Source of the DNA: an uncultured Ignavibacteria bacterium
GTDB taxonomy: Bacteria > Zixibacteria > MSB-5A5 > UM-FILTER-46-8
Direction of reading: 5' to 3'
NCBI GenBank assembly: GCA_964563085.1
Contig: CAZLVS010000011.1
Location: forward strand, 8,328 to 72,327
DNA length: 64,000 bases
Positions 43,716-53,432 of this stretch are shown here, piece by piece. How positions within the stretch are numbered: the stretch's first letter is position 1; every line of letters begins with the position of its first letter. The notes beneath the pieces are model-generated. The model was not told the origin of the DNA and made no database searches. It saw only the letters and a program-made list of their open reading frames with translations. Both the position numbers and the translations under genes were made by a program.

Positions 43716-45554
43716 ATGGCTAAAGAATCTACACTCGATTTTGTTTTACGGGAATTTACGGTAGTTCCAACGAAATCGTCCTATAATGTTGAAACGCTAA
43801 GGGCAATCGCTGATAAATTTCTTGACAGGATGCGTTCGGCGGGAGGACTGTCTGCCGCTCGCGAAAGGCTGTACAGACTTATAAGTATCCATCAATTTGA
43901 TACGTTTGCCGGCAGCGAGGAGCTCCAGGAACACCAAACCTTCAGAATGCGCGATTGCGCTACTGCTTTGAAATTTATGCTGAAAGAGAGTTCCGATAGA
44001 TTCGCCGGTTTCAGCGTGGCTAAAGCGCTCTATGATATCGCTCGAGACGTCCCGCGTCCGGACCTGCAGCCCGGATTCTACGCCGAGATGATTCATTTAT
44101 TCTTGGGATTGCAGGGCGTTGTTTCCGATATGGTCTTCGAGAATACCTACTTCGACACAAACCTGGAGGGGCGCAAGGCGGCTATCGCTCGTTCCGAACT
44201 CCTGGATAGATACTGGGAGGAAAAGATCGAAGTCCAGATCCACAAGTACCGGCATGGTTTGCAAGAAGATATTATTAAACTGCGGAGTGTCAACCGTGCA
44301 AGGATACTCTCGGCATTGGGAGGAAGCGAAGAGGATTGGTATGATTGGAGGTGGCAGTTAAGAAATATAGTACGGGATGCGGATAGCCTCGCTAAATTGG
44401 TCAATATCACAGAGGATGACTACGAAGCCATTACTCAAGCAAAGAAGAACAGGATACCGTTCGGTATAACCCCGTATTATGTCTCGCTGATGGATGAAAC
44501 TCCCGGTAGAAACGATACCGCGGTACGCGCCCAGGTTATACCATCTCCTGATTATGTGAAGGTTATGTCGGAAGCCAAAGGCAAGAGTATATGTTCCTTC
44601 GATTTCATGTTAGAAAAGGATACGTCGCCTATAGATTTAATAACCCGACGATATCCGTCTATCGTTATCCTCAAACCATATAACACCTGTCCTCAGATAT
44701 GCGTTTATTGTCAGAGAAATTGGGAGATAGAGGATGTACTGGCTAAAGGCGCCATGGCAGCTAAAGAATCTATTGAGGCTGCAATAGAATGGATAAAAGA
44801 TCATCCAGCTATCCATGATGTATTAGTGACCGGCGGTGATCCGCTTGCTCTCAATGAAAATGTGCTGAAACGGATACTGGATAAACTCTCAGAAGTTTCG
44901 AGCATCGAACGGATACGAATAGGTTCGCGCACGCCGGTAACTATGCCGATGCGGATTACTCCCGAGCTGGTGAATTTGCTTGCTTCCTATCGGATTCCGA
45001 TGAAGAGAGAAATTACAGTAGTCACTCATGTTGAACACCCCTATGAGATTACCGAAGATATGTTCAATGCTGTCGAACTCTTAAGAAAGAATGCCATCAG
45101 CGTCTATAATCAGAATGTTTATACTTTTTATGTTTCTCGGAGGTTTGAAGGCGTTTTACTTAGAAGGCTGCTCAAAAGAGTTGGCATCGAACCATATTAC
45201 ACGTTTAATGCCAAAGGCAAGGAAGAAACCGCGGATTTTCGCGTGCCGATTGCCAGATTGCTGCAGGAACAGAAAGAAGAAGCCAGATTGCTGCCCGGAC
45301 TGAGCCGCACCGACGAAGCCGTATATAATGTGCCCGGTCTTGGTAAGAATTACCTGAGGGCATTTCAACATAGGGACATCCTGTCCATTTTACCTGACGG
45401 TTCGAGAGTTTACAACTTCCATCCGTGGGAAAAGAACATCAGCATCCAAAAGACCTATGTCGGAACCGATGTGCCGATTCTGGAATACCTCAATCGGTTG
45501 GAATCAATCGGCGAGGATATTGCAGATTATGAAACTATCTGGTATTATTTCTAA
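43716..45554 (+). CDS. KamA-family radical SAM aminomutase homolog (lysine 2,3-aminomutase-like) with an approximately 200-aa N-terminal extension
   Basis: 'DWYDWRWQLRN', 'ITPYYVSLMD', CxxxCxxC 'CPQICVYCQR', 'VLVTGGDPL', 'IRIGSRTPVTMPMRITPELV' all match KamA. There is no C-terminal Cys cluster. Confidence 0.8.
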   Translation: MAKESTLDFVLREFTVVPTKSSYNVETLRAIADKFLDRMRSAGGLSAARERLYRLISIHQFDTFAGSEELQEHQTFRMRDCATALKFMLKESSDRFAGFSVAKALYDIARDVPRPDLQPGFYAEMIHLFLGLQGVVSDMVFENTYFDTNLEGRKAAIARSELLDRYWEEKIEVQIHKYRHGLQEDIIKLRSVNRARILSALGGSEEDWYDWRWQLRNIVRDADSLAKLVNITEDDYEAITQAKKNRIPFGITPYYVSLMDETPGRNDTAVRAQVIPSPDYVKVMSEAKGKSICSFDFMLEKDTSPIDLITRRYPSIVILKPYNTCPQICVYCQRNWEIEDVLAKGAMAAKESIEAAIEWIKDHPAIHDVLVTGGDPLALNENVLKRILDKLSEVSSIERIRIGSRTPVTMPMRITPELVNLLASYRIPMKREITVVTHVEHPYEITEDMFNAVELLRKNAISVYNQNVYTFYVSRRFEGVLLRRLLKRVGIEPYYTFNAKGKEETADFRVPIARLLQEQKEEARLLPGLSRTDEAVYNVPGLGKNYLRAFQHRDILSILPDGSRVYNFHPWEKNISIQKTYVGTDVPILEYLNRLESIGEDIADYETIWYYF

Positions 45555-45599
45555 TAACACGATATTATCAACCGAAGAGGCTGCTGCCCGGCGTATGGA

Positions 45600-46526
45600 A
45601 TGAGAAAGTACCTGCTTAAGATAGCCATTTGTATTCTAATTACTCTACTGATTTCGGAGTACACGATCGCTGGAGATGTTGCAGGGGATAAACTCACGAT
45701 TAACATCCGCGAATATAGATTCATGCTGAAGCCATCCAAATTTGAGAACCGCAGGAGAGCTGCGCGGGAACTCTGGCAGATGGTCAAAGGCTACGCGGCA
45801 ATCAACAATGTTGCGGTTGTCCAAAAGGATCGGATGTTGTTTGAGACACAACAGGAACTGGTTTTCCTGGACACGCAGAAGGGCGATATTTATCGAAACG
45901 GCTATCTGCTTTACAGAGTTACGGAAGCAGCGCGGGGGAGGAAGAAAAACCGATATGATTTAGTTCTGGAACGCCGTTATGCAGATTTACAAACGGTAAA
46001 GAACACTGACCTCGGAGATGGCCTAAGTATGAGTGCGCGGATAATCCTTAAAGAAGAACTTCATCCTGATTCCGTATACACAAACGCCTTCCGACCGGTT
46101 TATTCATTAAAGATTATTGCCGAGGATTTGATGACAAGCATAGGGAAGAACGTTGGAGATTATGCCGAAATCTTTCCAATTCTCTCCGAGTTGAACGTCC
46201 CTGCGGATAGTGAACTCAAGCCTGTTAATGATATGGTATATATGGAATTGGGATATTCGCCGGGAGTCTTTAATTTCGGCGATGGGATAGAATCCGAAAT
46301 AAATATCAGCGTCATGTATGAATGGGATAAAAGGGGAGCGATTGTTGGCGAGCTCTTCTTCCGGCACGAAATTGTTGACTACGAAAATCTGCCTCCCGGA
46401 GCGCAGAAATGTACTGAATTTTTCAAGGGGCTTGCCGGCGAGCGGCAGGATTGGATACTGTATGATTTTTCGAAGGCGGGATTTACTTACGAGCATTCCT
46501 CCCGCAATAACAATGGTGATAAATAA
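45600..46526 (+). CDS. Hypothetical secreted protein (signal peptide; no recognised domain)
   Basis: 'MRKYLLKIAICILITLLISEYTIAG' signal. 308 aa. Confidence 0.5.
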   Translation: MRKYLLKIAICILITLLISEYTIAGDVAGDKLTINIREYRFMLKPSKFENRRRAARELWQMVKGYAAINNVAVVQKDRMLFETQQELVFLDTQKGDIYRNGYLLYRVTEAARGRKKNRYDLVLERRYADLQTVKNTDLGDGLSMSARIILKEELHPDSVYTNAFRPVYSLKIIAEDLMTSIGKNVGDYAEIFPILSELNVPADSELKPVNDMVYMELGYSPGVFNFGDGIESEINISVMYEWDKRGAIVGELFFRHEIVDYENLPPGAQKCTEFFKGLAGERQDWILYDFSKAGFTYEHSSRNNNGDK

Positions 46527-46567
46527 CTTATTATCAACCAATCAGCAAAGCCGCCGGACATAGATTA

Positions 46568-47479
46568 TCAAATAGCAACTTCTATACAGCGGTAGGAAAG
46601 TTCATTGAGGGGTAGTTCGCCCAGCAGAAGAACCGTATCGCCGCCTCCGGCGCCGGTAGGTTTAGCATAACCGCCGTTGTCCAATGCCCATCGCTTGAGC
46701 TCATCATGCACGGGGATACGATAGCTTATCCCTGCACTTGAACAGCATTTCGTAACTAAAGACGTGAACTCATCCAGGATGTCATAAAGGTCGGGCGGAG
46801 GTATCCTAAACCATTTCTCAGCCAATTCATCGCTTTTGTCAATCAGGCTTTTAAGACTTTTATTTTTCCTCCCGGTGTTTTTTATCCATTGGTTGAATTT
46901 CGTAACGAACTCACGGGTATCCGCTGACTTCCCGGTCCAAACCAGATTAATCGGTATCTTATAATCCGGATTGGGAGTATGCAATTGGTCCATGAAGAAA
47001 CCGTCCCGGTTACGCTTGAATACAATCGGTTTACCATAGGCGCAGACCGCGACATCGGCCCCGCTCCCCCGACCGCCTTGGGCGATTGTATGTGCATCGA
47101 TGGCGTATATCGCTGCCGAATACCTGTTCATCTCCCACGGTAAACCGGCGCGCTCAAATCGGAGTGCAATAACGCCGGCTGCTTCAGCGGCGGAGGAACC
47201 GATCCCCAGCTTAACCGCAGCGCCGCTGCCATCGCGAAAGTAAAAATCCGATCTGTCAATATCAACGCCCTGCAGGGGATGAGTGTGCTCGTAACCATCC
47301 AGTTCGGGAACAGGATATTGTATGGCGTTTTTCACAACCGGATTGGTGTTCTCCGCAGTTGGCGCATTCGATTCAGTGATTTTAAGGAAGCGAGGGACGG
47401 GGAAGAGAACAGCGCTTCCACCATAGAGAACAGCGTATTCCCCCGACAACATTACTTTTCCTGGCATGGTTACAGTCAT
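46568..47479 (-). CDS. GHMP-family kinase, most likely phosphomevalonate kinase (short form) of the mevalonate operon
   Basis: 'GKVMLSGEYAVLYGG', 'KLGIGSSAAEAAGV', 'GAGGGDTVLLLG'. Operon context with mvaD/HMGR-MVK/idi-2. Confidence 0.65.
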   Translation of the reverse strand: MTVTMPGKVMLSGEYAVLYGGSAVLFPVPRFLKITESNAPTAENTNPVVKNAIQYPVPELDGYEHTHPLQGVDIDRSDFYFRDGSGAAVKLGIGSSAAEAAGVIALRFERAGLPWEMNRYSAAIYAIDAHTIAQGGRGSGADVAVCAYGKPIVFKRNRDGFFMDQLHTPNPDYKIPINLVWTGKSADTREFVTKFNQWIKNTGRKNKSLKSLIDKSDELAEKWFRIPPPDLYDILDEFTSLVTKCCSSAGISYRIPVHDELKRWALDNGGYAKPTGAGGGDTVLLLGELPLNELSYRCIEVAI

Positions 47480-48456
47480 TTTTCTATTGAAATTATCTCG
47501 GCGCCTCCAGCCGGTTTACAGGAAATAAAGTGTGATTCACCGAGGTGATGCAGTATATTCTTAGTAATCTTTTCAGAATCACTCTGCCTGCATAAGACAA
47601 TAACGTTAGAACCGGCATCAACCGTGAAGTAGGCTTGTATACCGCTCTTTTCGCGAATGGAGCGAATTCCCCTAATAATTCTAAAGGTTGAATCATTCCA
47701 GTACAAAAGCGGTGGGCGTGATGCCATCATACAGCAATGCATGGCAAGCGCGTTTTCTTCCATTATACTGCCGATTGCTGCGAAATCATCCACTTCGATT
47801 GCAGACAGCATTTTCCGGTAATCCTCTCGGGCTTGCTTCACCCAACTGGAGTAATAGGGCGAAGTCTCCGCGCAGCGACGCATACCGAGCGATGAGGGCG
47901 TATCCTTTTGCTCGGAATGAGCGAGTAATACTATCATGCTCCATGGAACATCTTGCGGCTCTTTCAGTAATCTTGCGGACGGATCATCGTTGAGTGGAAA
48001 GGCTGATAATCCCCCGGTAATAGAACGCGCTGCCGAACCGCTTCCCTGGCGCGCTAATTTAGATAATTCCCTGTCGGAAAGCTTTCTTTCTGAGAATCCG
48101 CTCAAAGCTTTTGCTAATGCCGCGAATCCCGACGCGCTCGATGCCAGACCGGAAGATGTTGGGAAGCTGTTTTTCGATTCCAACAAAAAACTGCCCGCGA
48201 TTAGCCCTTTGTCCCGCCAGAGATCAAGATATTTCACGAGACGATGGTTTACTTCACCGGAAGTTTCCGCACCATTAAGGATGAATATATCGTTAGATTC
48301 TTCGGTTCGCGTTATGGTTGTTTCGGTAGTAAGTTTATCCAGAGCGAGCGAAATAGAGGGAGTGGCGGGAATATTCCCCGCTGTATCTTCCCGTTTTCCC
48401 CAATATTTTATCAAAGCGATATTCGAATATGCCCGGGCGATCACCCGCCGTATCAC
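47476..48456 (-). CDS. mvaD: Diphosphomevalonate decarboxylase
   Basis: 'AYSNIALIKYWGKRED', 'SSGLASSASGFAALA'. Confidence 0.85.
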   Translation of the reverse strand: MIRRVIARAYSNIALIKYWGKREDTAGNIPATPSISLALDKLTTETTITRTEESNDIFILNGAETSGEVNHRLVKYLDLWRDKGLIAGSFLLESKNSFPTSSGLASSASGFAALAKALSGFSERKLSDRELSKLARQGSGSAARSITGGLSAFPLNDDPSARLLKEPQDVPWSMIVLLAHSEQKDTPSSLGMRRCAETSPYYSSWVKQAREDYRKMLSAIEVDDFAAIGSIMEENALAMHCCMMASRPPLLYWNDSTFRIIRGIRSIREKSGIQAYFTVDAGSNVIVLCRQSDSEKITKNILHHLGESHFISCKPAGGAEIISIEK

Positions 48457-50759
48457 CGCAGCGCTCCCAACGTAAATGGAAACACCATCGGGAAATCATG
48501 GGATAGAGATTCCATCCAATCGAACTGGCTCCCGGGTTCGACCAAACCGATGACCGCGCCGCCGCCTCCGCTGCCGGTTAGTTTAGCGCCAATTGCGCCG
48601 TTTTCCAGCAAAAGCTCCACAGCCCTATCCAGCGCCGGAGTAGATACGCCCAGTTTTGCCAGAAGCTCATGATTCCGGAACATCAGTTTTCCGATTTCGT
48701 AGGTGTCACCGGTTCCCAATGCTATTCCGGCATCGACAGTCAGATTCCCGATATCTTCCAGGATACTGTTAACGTACTCCGGTTTTTGGTCGCGGAACCT
48801 CGCCACTTTCTTAACCAGCTCTATCGTTCTGGCGCCCGGTTCCACCAGGCATATTACGCCGCTTACCGGAGAGGGAACCTGGATCGGTAAGAACTCCCGC
48901 GGAGGTCCTTTACGGAACCAGAGCACCCCCTCAGAGAGAACGGTAGCCGCATCCATCCCGCTGGGATGGCCATGGAAAATCGCCTCCAGGTTCTGAACTT
49001 CATCAAAGAAATCGCTGTCCCATCTTTTTGACCGCCTCAGATGCTTATATTGCCGTAAAGCTGAGCACAGAGCGATTGAAAATGCTGCCGACGAACCTAA
49101 ACCCATGCCGGGAACCAGTTCGGATTCGATCTGGATGGCGATAGGTTCATTTCTTAGATCATATATTTCTAAGGCTACATCCACCGCATTTGAAAACAAT
49201 TGGATATCCTGGTCCGATTTGGGAACGGAAAACACCTTTTTAAAATGTGGATGAAGAAACCGGGGACCGTCAGGGTCCCTGGTAACTTTTAGCTTAATGC
49301 CGATATTGATGGCAGCGGCAATCCCGGGATAGTTGTAAACGGTAGCGTGTTCGCCAAACAGTACGATTTTACCGGGTGCGAATGTTTCTACTGGCAATTC
49401 ATCCTCTTCCTCTGTTCGTTTGGGCTGCTTCTGCAGCTTACGATATATATCCTCCGCAACCGTAATTTTAACCTCGCCCCGCCTTATCATCTCCTGCGCG
49501 ACTTCTTCCACGGCATTAGGAGGTACGCCAACGCTAACCGCAACACTGCGAGCATGCAGCGCCATGTGCCCCTTCTGAATGCCAACTGTGCTTAACGCCA
49601 ACAGGGCGGCGAAATTCTGCCCCAAGCCTACTGCGCTCAGCAATCCGGCTAATTGGCTGGCGTTTTCCACGCCGCTTATTGCGCGTAGAATTTGCACTCC
49701 GGGATGAGCTTTGACCGCGCCGCCCACGCTGCCGGTTTGCAGCGGCAGTTCGATTTCACCATGCAGACATCCGTTGGAAATCTTGTAGGTGGTAAGACCT
49801 CGGTAGATTCCATCTCGAGCGGCATATGCATGCCCGCCGGCTTCGATTGCTCGCCAGTCCTGACCCAATGCCAGGGCAGCGGCGCACAGTCCGTTAAATA
49901 TACCTTTGTTATGTGTCGCAGCCCGATAGGGATCCACATGCGCCAACCTATCAGCCTCAACCAAACGATGCGCCACCTCCTCGCCGGTGAATTCCTTCGT
50001 GGTTAGGTGTTCGAACGGCAATGTGAATTCGGCCCGAGCGATTCGCTTATCAGCGAGATTGGAAAGGATGCGAAGGTGCACACGGCCTCCGGTCACCATT
50101 TCAATCAGTGAGCCGACCGCTTCGCATGCGTAGTTGACCGCATTTGCTCCCATCGCCTCACAGACGTTAAAAAGCAGATGAACCACCAGCATCTCGCCGA
50201 CGCCTTCCCCACCATCCAAAATCCTGGTCTCGATATCAAAAACGCCGCCGCCTCTCTGCACCATTCGGGGATTTACCAGGTTCGCTTGAGCTATAATTTC
50301 ATCTTTATAATTCCCAATCTGTCTGACAGCTTCCTGCGGGTCTTTCAGGTCGAGTACCTGCACCTGCCCGATCATCACCGGATCGTTGATTCGGGTACGA
50401 AATCCTCCGCCCTTGCGAATTATCAGCGCCGCTTTTGATGCTGCGGCTATTATTGATGCTTCCTCGATCGCCATGGGAACCAGATACTCCCTGCCATCGA
50501 CCAGAAAATTCAATCCCAATCCGAGGGGTAAGCCGAAGACTCCCACGGCATTCTCCACCATGTTAACTGCATGCTTCATTCTCAGAGCGTTACCATTGCG
50601 GAGTTGCGAAACTTGTTCATCGTTTAGATTAAAACTCCGCGCCAGAAATGCGAGCCGTTGTTCAACCGACAATCGGTAAAATCCCGGTATCCGCGAAGTT
50701 CTGAATTCGGTTCCTCCGATAGGAGGTTTCTTAATGAATCGAAATCTATCCATTATCAA
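48453..50759 (-). CDS. Fusion protein: class II HMG-CoA reductase (N-terminal, about 430 aa) plus mevalonate kinase (C-terminal, about 330 aa)
   Basis: HMGR-II motifs 'ENAVGVFGLPLG', 'EAMGANAVN', 'GSVGG'. After the linker 'KRTEEEDELPVE' come MVK motifs 'APGKIVLFGEHATVYNYPGIAAAI', 'GMGLGSSAAF', 'KLTGSGGGGAVIGL'. There is no internal stop or start. Confidence 0.8.
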   Translation of the reverse strand: MIMDRFRFIKKPPIGGTEFRTSRIPGFYRLSVEQRLAFLARSFNLNDEQVSQLRNGNALRMKHAVNMVENAVGVFGLPLGLGLNFLVDGREYLVPMAIEEASIIAAASKAALIIRKGGGFRTRINDPVMIGQVQVLDLKDPQEAVRQIGNYKDEIIAQANLVNPRMVQRGGGVFDIETRILDGGEGVGEMLVVHLLFNVCEAMGANAVNYACEAVGSLIEMVTGGRVHLRILSNLADKRIARAEFTLPFEHLTTKEFTGEEVAHRLVEADRLAHVDPYRAATHNKGIFNGLCAAALALGQDWRAIEAGGHAYAARDGIYRGLTTYKISNGCLHGEIELPLQTGSVGGAVKAHPGVQILRAISGVENASQLAGLLSAVGLGQNFAALLALSTVGIQKGHMALHARSVAVSVGVPPNAVEEVAQEMIRRGEVKITVAEDIYRKLQKQPKRTEEEDELPVETFAPGKIVLFGEHATVYNYPGIAAAINIGIKLKVTRDPDGPRFLHPHFKKVFSVPKSDQDIQLFSNAVDVALEIYDLRNEPIAIQIESELVPGMGLGSSAAFSIALCSALRQYKHLRRSKRWDSDFFDEVQNLEAIFHGHPSGMDAATVLSEGVLWFRKGPPREFLPIQVPSPVSGVICLVEPGARTIELVKKVARFRDQKPEYVNSILEDIGNLTVDAGIALGTGDTYEIGKLMFRNHELLAKLGVSTPALDRAVELLLENGAIGAKLTGSGGGGAVIGLVEPGSQFDWMESLSHDFPMVFPFTLGALR

Positions 50760-51841
50760 ATTCCTTGTTTATCGAGCCATCCAAAGTTCAAAAGCCATTC
50801 TCTCAATTCACCGGTGAATATCCTGGGAATCCTCTTTAGTTCGGTTAAGTCGGCGGCGCCGGTCAAAAGCATAGCTGTCTTCAGCTCATGTATCATTTGC
50901 TCCATAAATTCGGCAGCTCCGTCTTTGCCATTATCAAGAAAACTAAGTAATATAGGGCGGGCAAATCCGGCGATATCCGCTCCCACAGCGATCGCTCGCG
51001 CAGCATCCAGGCCGTTTTCAATTCCGCCTGATGCCATTATGCAAGCCTTCTCATTTCGGATCCTGCGCGCCGCAATAAGACTGAATGCGGTCGGTATCCC
51101 CCAATCGGAGAATGTTTTGCCAGTTTGTTTGAGGAGTTTATCCGCCGCCCGATACATCTCCACTTTGGTCCAAGAAGTCCCCCCGGCTCCGGATACATCC
51201 AGATATTTAATCCCGATTTTCGATAGTTTCTTCAAACTCTCAGGGTCTATCCCGGCTCCCGTCTCTTTAACCATGACTTTGCCGTCTATCTTATCATTCA
51301 ATGCAGCCAAAGCATCGAGTAAACCGCGAAAATCCCGATGACCCTCATCCTGAATTAGTTCCTGTGCCGCATTCAGATGGACGCAGATTCCATCAGCTTC
51401 GATATCATCCATCAGACCAACTACGGCATCCAGGGGATACTCCCGTAACTCTCCAGCGCCGATATTACCCAGCAGGACGCCATCCGGTATCCATTTACGA
51501 ACCGCGAAATCATCTTTCATCTCCGGGTGGCGAAATATCACTCGCTGACTGCCCACACCGAATGCGATTCCGAACTCCGATGCGGTTTCTGCCAGGCCGC
51601 GATTCATCTCCCCGGCGAATTCGGCGCCTCCGGTCATGCCGGTAATCATCAGCGGATATTTCAGTTTTTTCCCGAAGAATTCAACTTCGGTCCGGATATC
51701 CCTTAAATCCAACTCCGGAAGGGCGCAATGCAGCAGGATTATATCACCCAGCATGGTGTTCCGACGGTGTTTCACTTCTTCCTCGGCAACAATCCGTAAA
51801 TGCTCCGATTTCCGCCTGGATATGGTCACATCATTTTCCAT
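50756..51841 (-). CDS. fni: Isopentenyl-diphosphate delta-isomerase, type 2 (FMN-dependent)
   Basis: TIM-barrel IDI-2 pattern 'PLMITGMTGG', 'FGVGSQR', 'VKETGAGI', 'LDVSGAGGTSW'. Confidence 0.85.
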   Translation of the reverse strand: MENDVTISRRKSEHLRIVAEEEVKHRRNTMLGDIILLHCALPELDLRDIRTEVEFFGKKLKYPLMITGMTGGAEFAGEMNRGLAETASEFGIAFGVGSQRVIFRHPEMKDDFAVRKWIPDGVLLGNIGAGELREYPLDAVVGLMDDIEADGICVHLNAAQELIQDEGHRDFRGLLDALAALNDKIDGKVMVKETGAGIDPESLKKLSKIGIKYLDVSGAGGTSWTKVEMYRAADKLLKQTGKTFSDWGIPTAFSLIAARRIRNEKACIMASGGIENGLDAARAIAVGADIAGFARPILLSFLDNGKDGAAEFMEQMIHELKTAMLLTGAADLTELKRIPRIFTGELREWLLNFGWLDKQGI

Positions 51842-52117
51842 TATTTGATTTATGGGTTACCCTCCGATTATTGAACTGGTAACTGGGAATCAGATTAAAT
51901 CACCTTTCTTTGAAACTAACCTTTAACGGACTAACAGTTAAAATTATTACACGTTCCAAATATTTCTATTTCATTCGGAAACTCAAATCAAATATTAACC
52001 GACAATATTAATCGTAAAAACTGCTCAAAGTCAATAAATTTTATAAAAAAACAGCCCCTGATAGTATTAGAAAAAGCAGTTTCTTTACCAGCTTTTTCGT
52101 CCTGACTTTGTATGGAG

Positions 52118-53098
52118 CTATCTGTACAATGTTCCCTTCTCCTTACGTTCCCGGAGATGTTCCAGCATATCCTTAGTCATGGCATCCAAATCCCATTTCG
52201 GCTCCCATCCCCATTCTTCCCTTGCCGGAGTGTCATCTATGGAATTAGGCCAGGAATCAGCTATCTCCTGGCGGTAATCCGGCTCATATGTAACTTCGAA
52301 ATCCGGGATATATTTCTTAATGGAAGCTGCTAATTCCCCCACAGTAAAGCTCATTGCTGCATGGTTGAAGTCGCTGTGGTGTTTTAGCTTGGAGAAATCG
52401 GCTTCGGCTAACTGGATCGTACCCTCGATAGCGTCAGGCATATACATCATTGGCAGCTTAGTGTCCTCTCTGACGAAGCATGTATACTTCCCTTTATCGA
52501 CAGCTTCGTAATAAATCGCCACCGCATAATCGGTGGTTCCGCCGCCTGGCAAGGTTTCATAAGAGATGATTCCGGGATAACGGAGCCCGCGGATATCGAG
52601 CCCGAACCGCTTTACATAATAATCGCACAGAAGCTCGCCGCATACTTTGGTTACGCCATACATAGTGGTTGGCTTGAGTACAGTTTCCTGAGGAGTATTA
52701 TCAAGCGGAATACCGGATCCGAATACGGCTATGGAACTGGGGATTATTATCCTTGCCATTTCGTATTTCAGCCCCAGTTCGAGGATGTTTATAGTTCCGT
52801 TCATGTTGACATCCCAGCAGAGCTGAGGATTCTTTTCACCAACTGCCGAAAGTATGGCAGCCATGTGATAGACCGTATCTATGTCATACTTTTCTATCAT
52901 TTCCTCGACGGTCTCAATCTTGTTGACATCGATAAAATGAAACGGTCCCGAATTCCTGAGTTCCTCGGAGGGCTGTGTCTTTCTCCCTGTAGCAACAACA
53001 TTTTCCGCGCCATATCTTTTGCGCAGCTCCATTGTTAATTCTGAACCGATCTGCCCAACAGCGCCGGTGACCAGTATCTTCTTCATCTCTTTTTTCAT
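52118..53098 (-). CDS. tdh: L-threonine 3-dehydrogenase, NAD-dependent epimerase/dehydratase (extended SDR) type
   Basis: 'KILVTGAVGQIGSELTMELRKRYG', 'SGPFHFIDV', 'YHMAAILSAVGEKNP' resemble UDP-Gal-epimerase-like TDHs. Confidence 0.75.
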   Translation of the reverse strand: MKKEMKKILVTGAVGQIGSELTMELRKRYGAENVVATGRKTQPSEELRNSGPFHFIDVNKIETVEEMIEKYDIDTVYHMAAILSAVGEKNPQLCWDVNMNGTINILELGLKYEMARIIIPSSIAVFGSGIPLDNTPQETVLKPTTMYGVTKVCGELLCDYYVKRFGLDIRGLRYPGIISYETLPGGGTTDYAVAIYYEAVDKGKYTCFVREDTKLPMMYMPDAIEGTIQLAEADFSKLKHHSDFNHAAMSFTVGELAASIKKYIPDFEVTYEPDYRQEIADSWPNSIDDTPAREEWGWEPKWDLDAMTKDMLEHLRERKEKGTLYR

Positions 53099-53432
53099 AG
53101 TTTCTCTCTTTTAATTTTAAACATTTCATTTTCAAGTTACAAAATTCACAATTAATGTTTTCACGTCAATAATGCAAGTAAATTAGCTCATCTCGCAATT
53201 TGGATTTAATAGTTTCCGATAACCCGAGGTCGTTCGCAACTAACCCTGATAGATATTGATTGTAGATGACATTTAATAGTTGACATGTTTAAGCATATAT
53301 TATACATTAATCAGGTTCAGGTAGTGGACTATGTCCGTTCCAAAACTGTAATAAGAATTATCTTCTAATGAGATTTAAACCTCTCTAAACGTTTAATAAA
53401 GAACATAACCCTCACACTCAAGGAGTAGTAGT

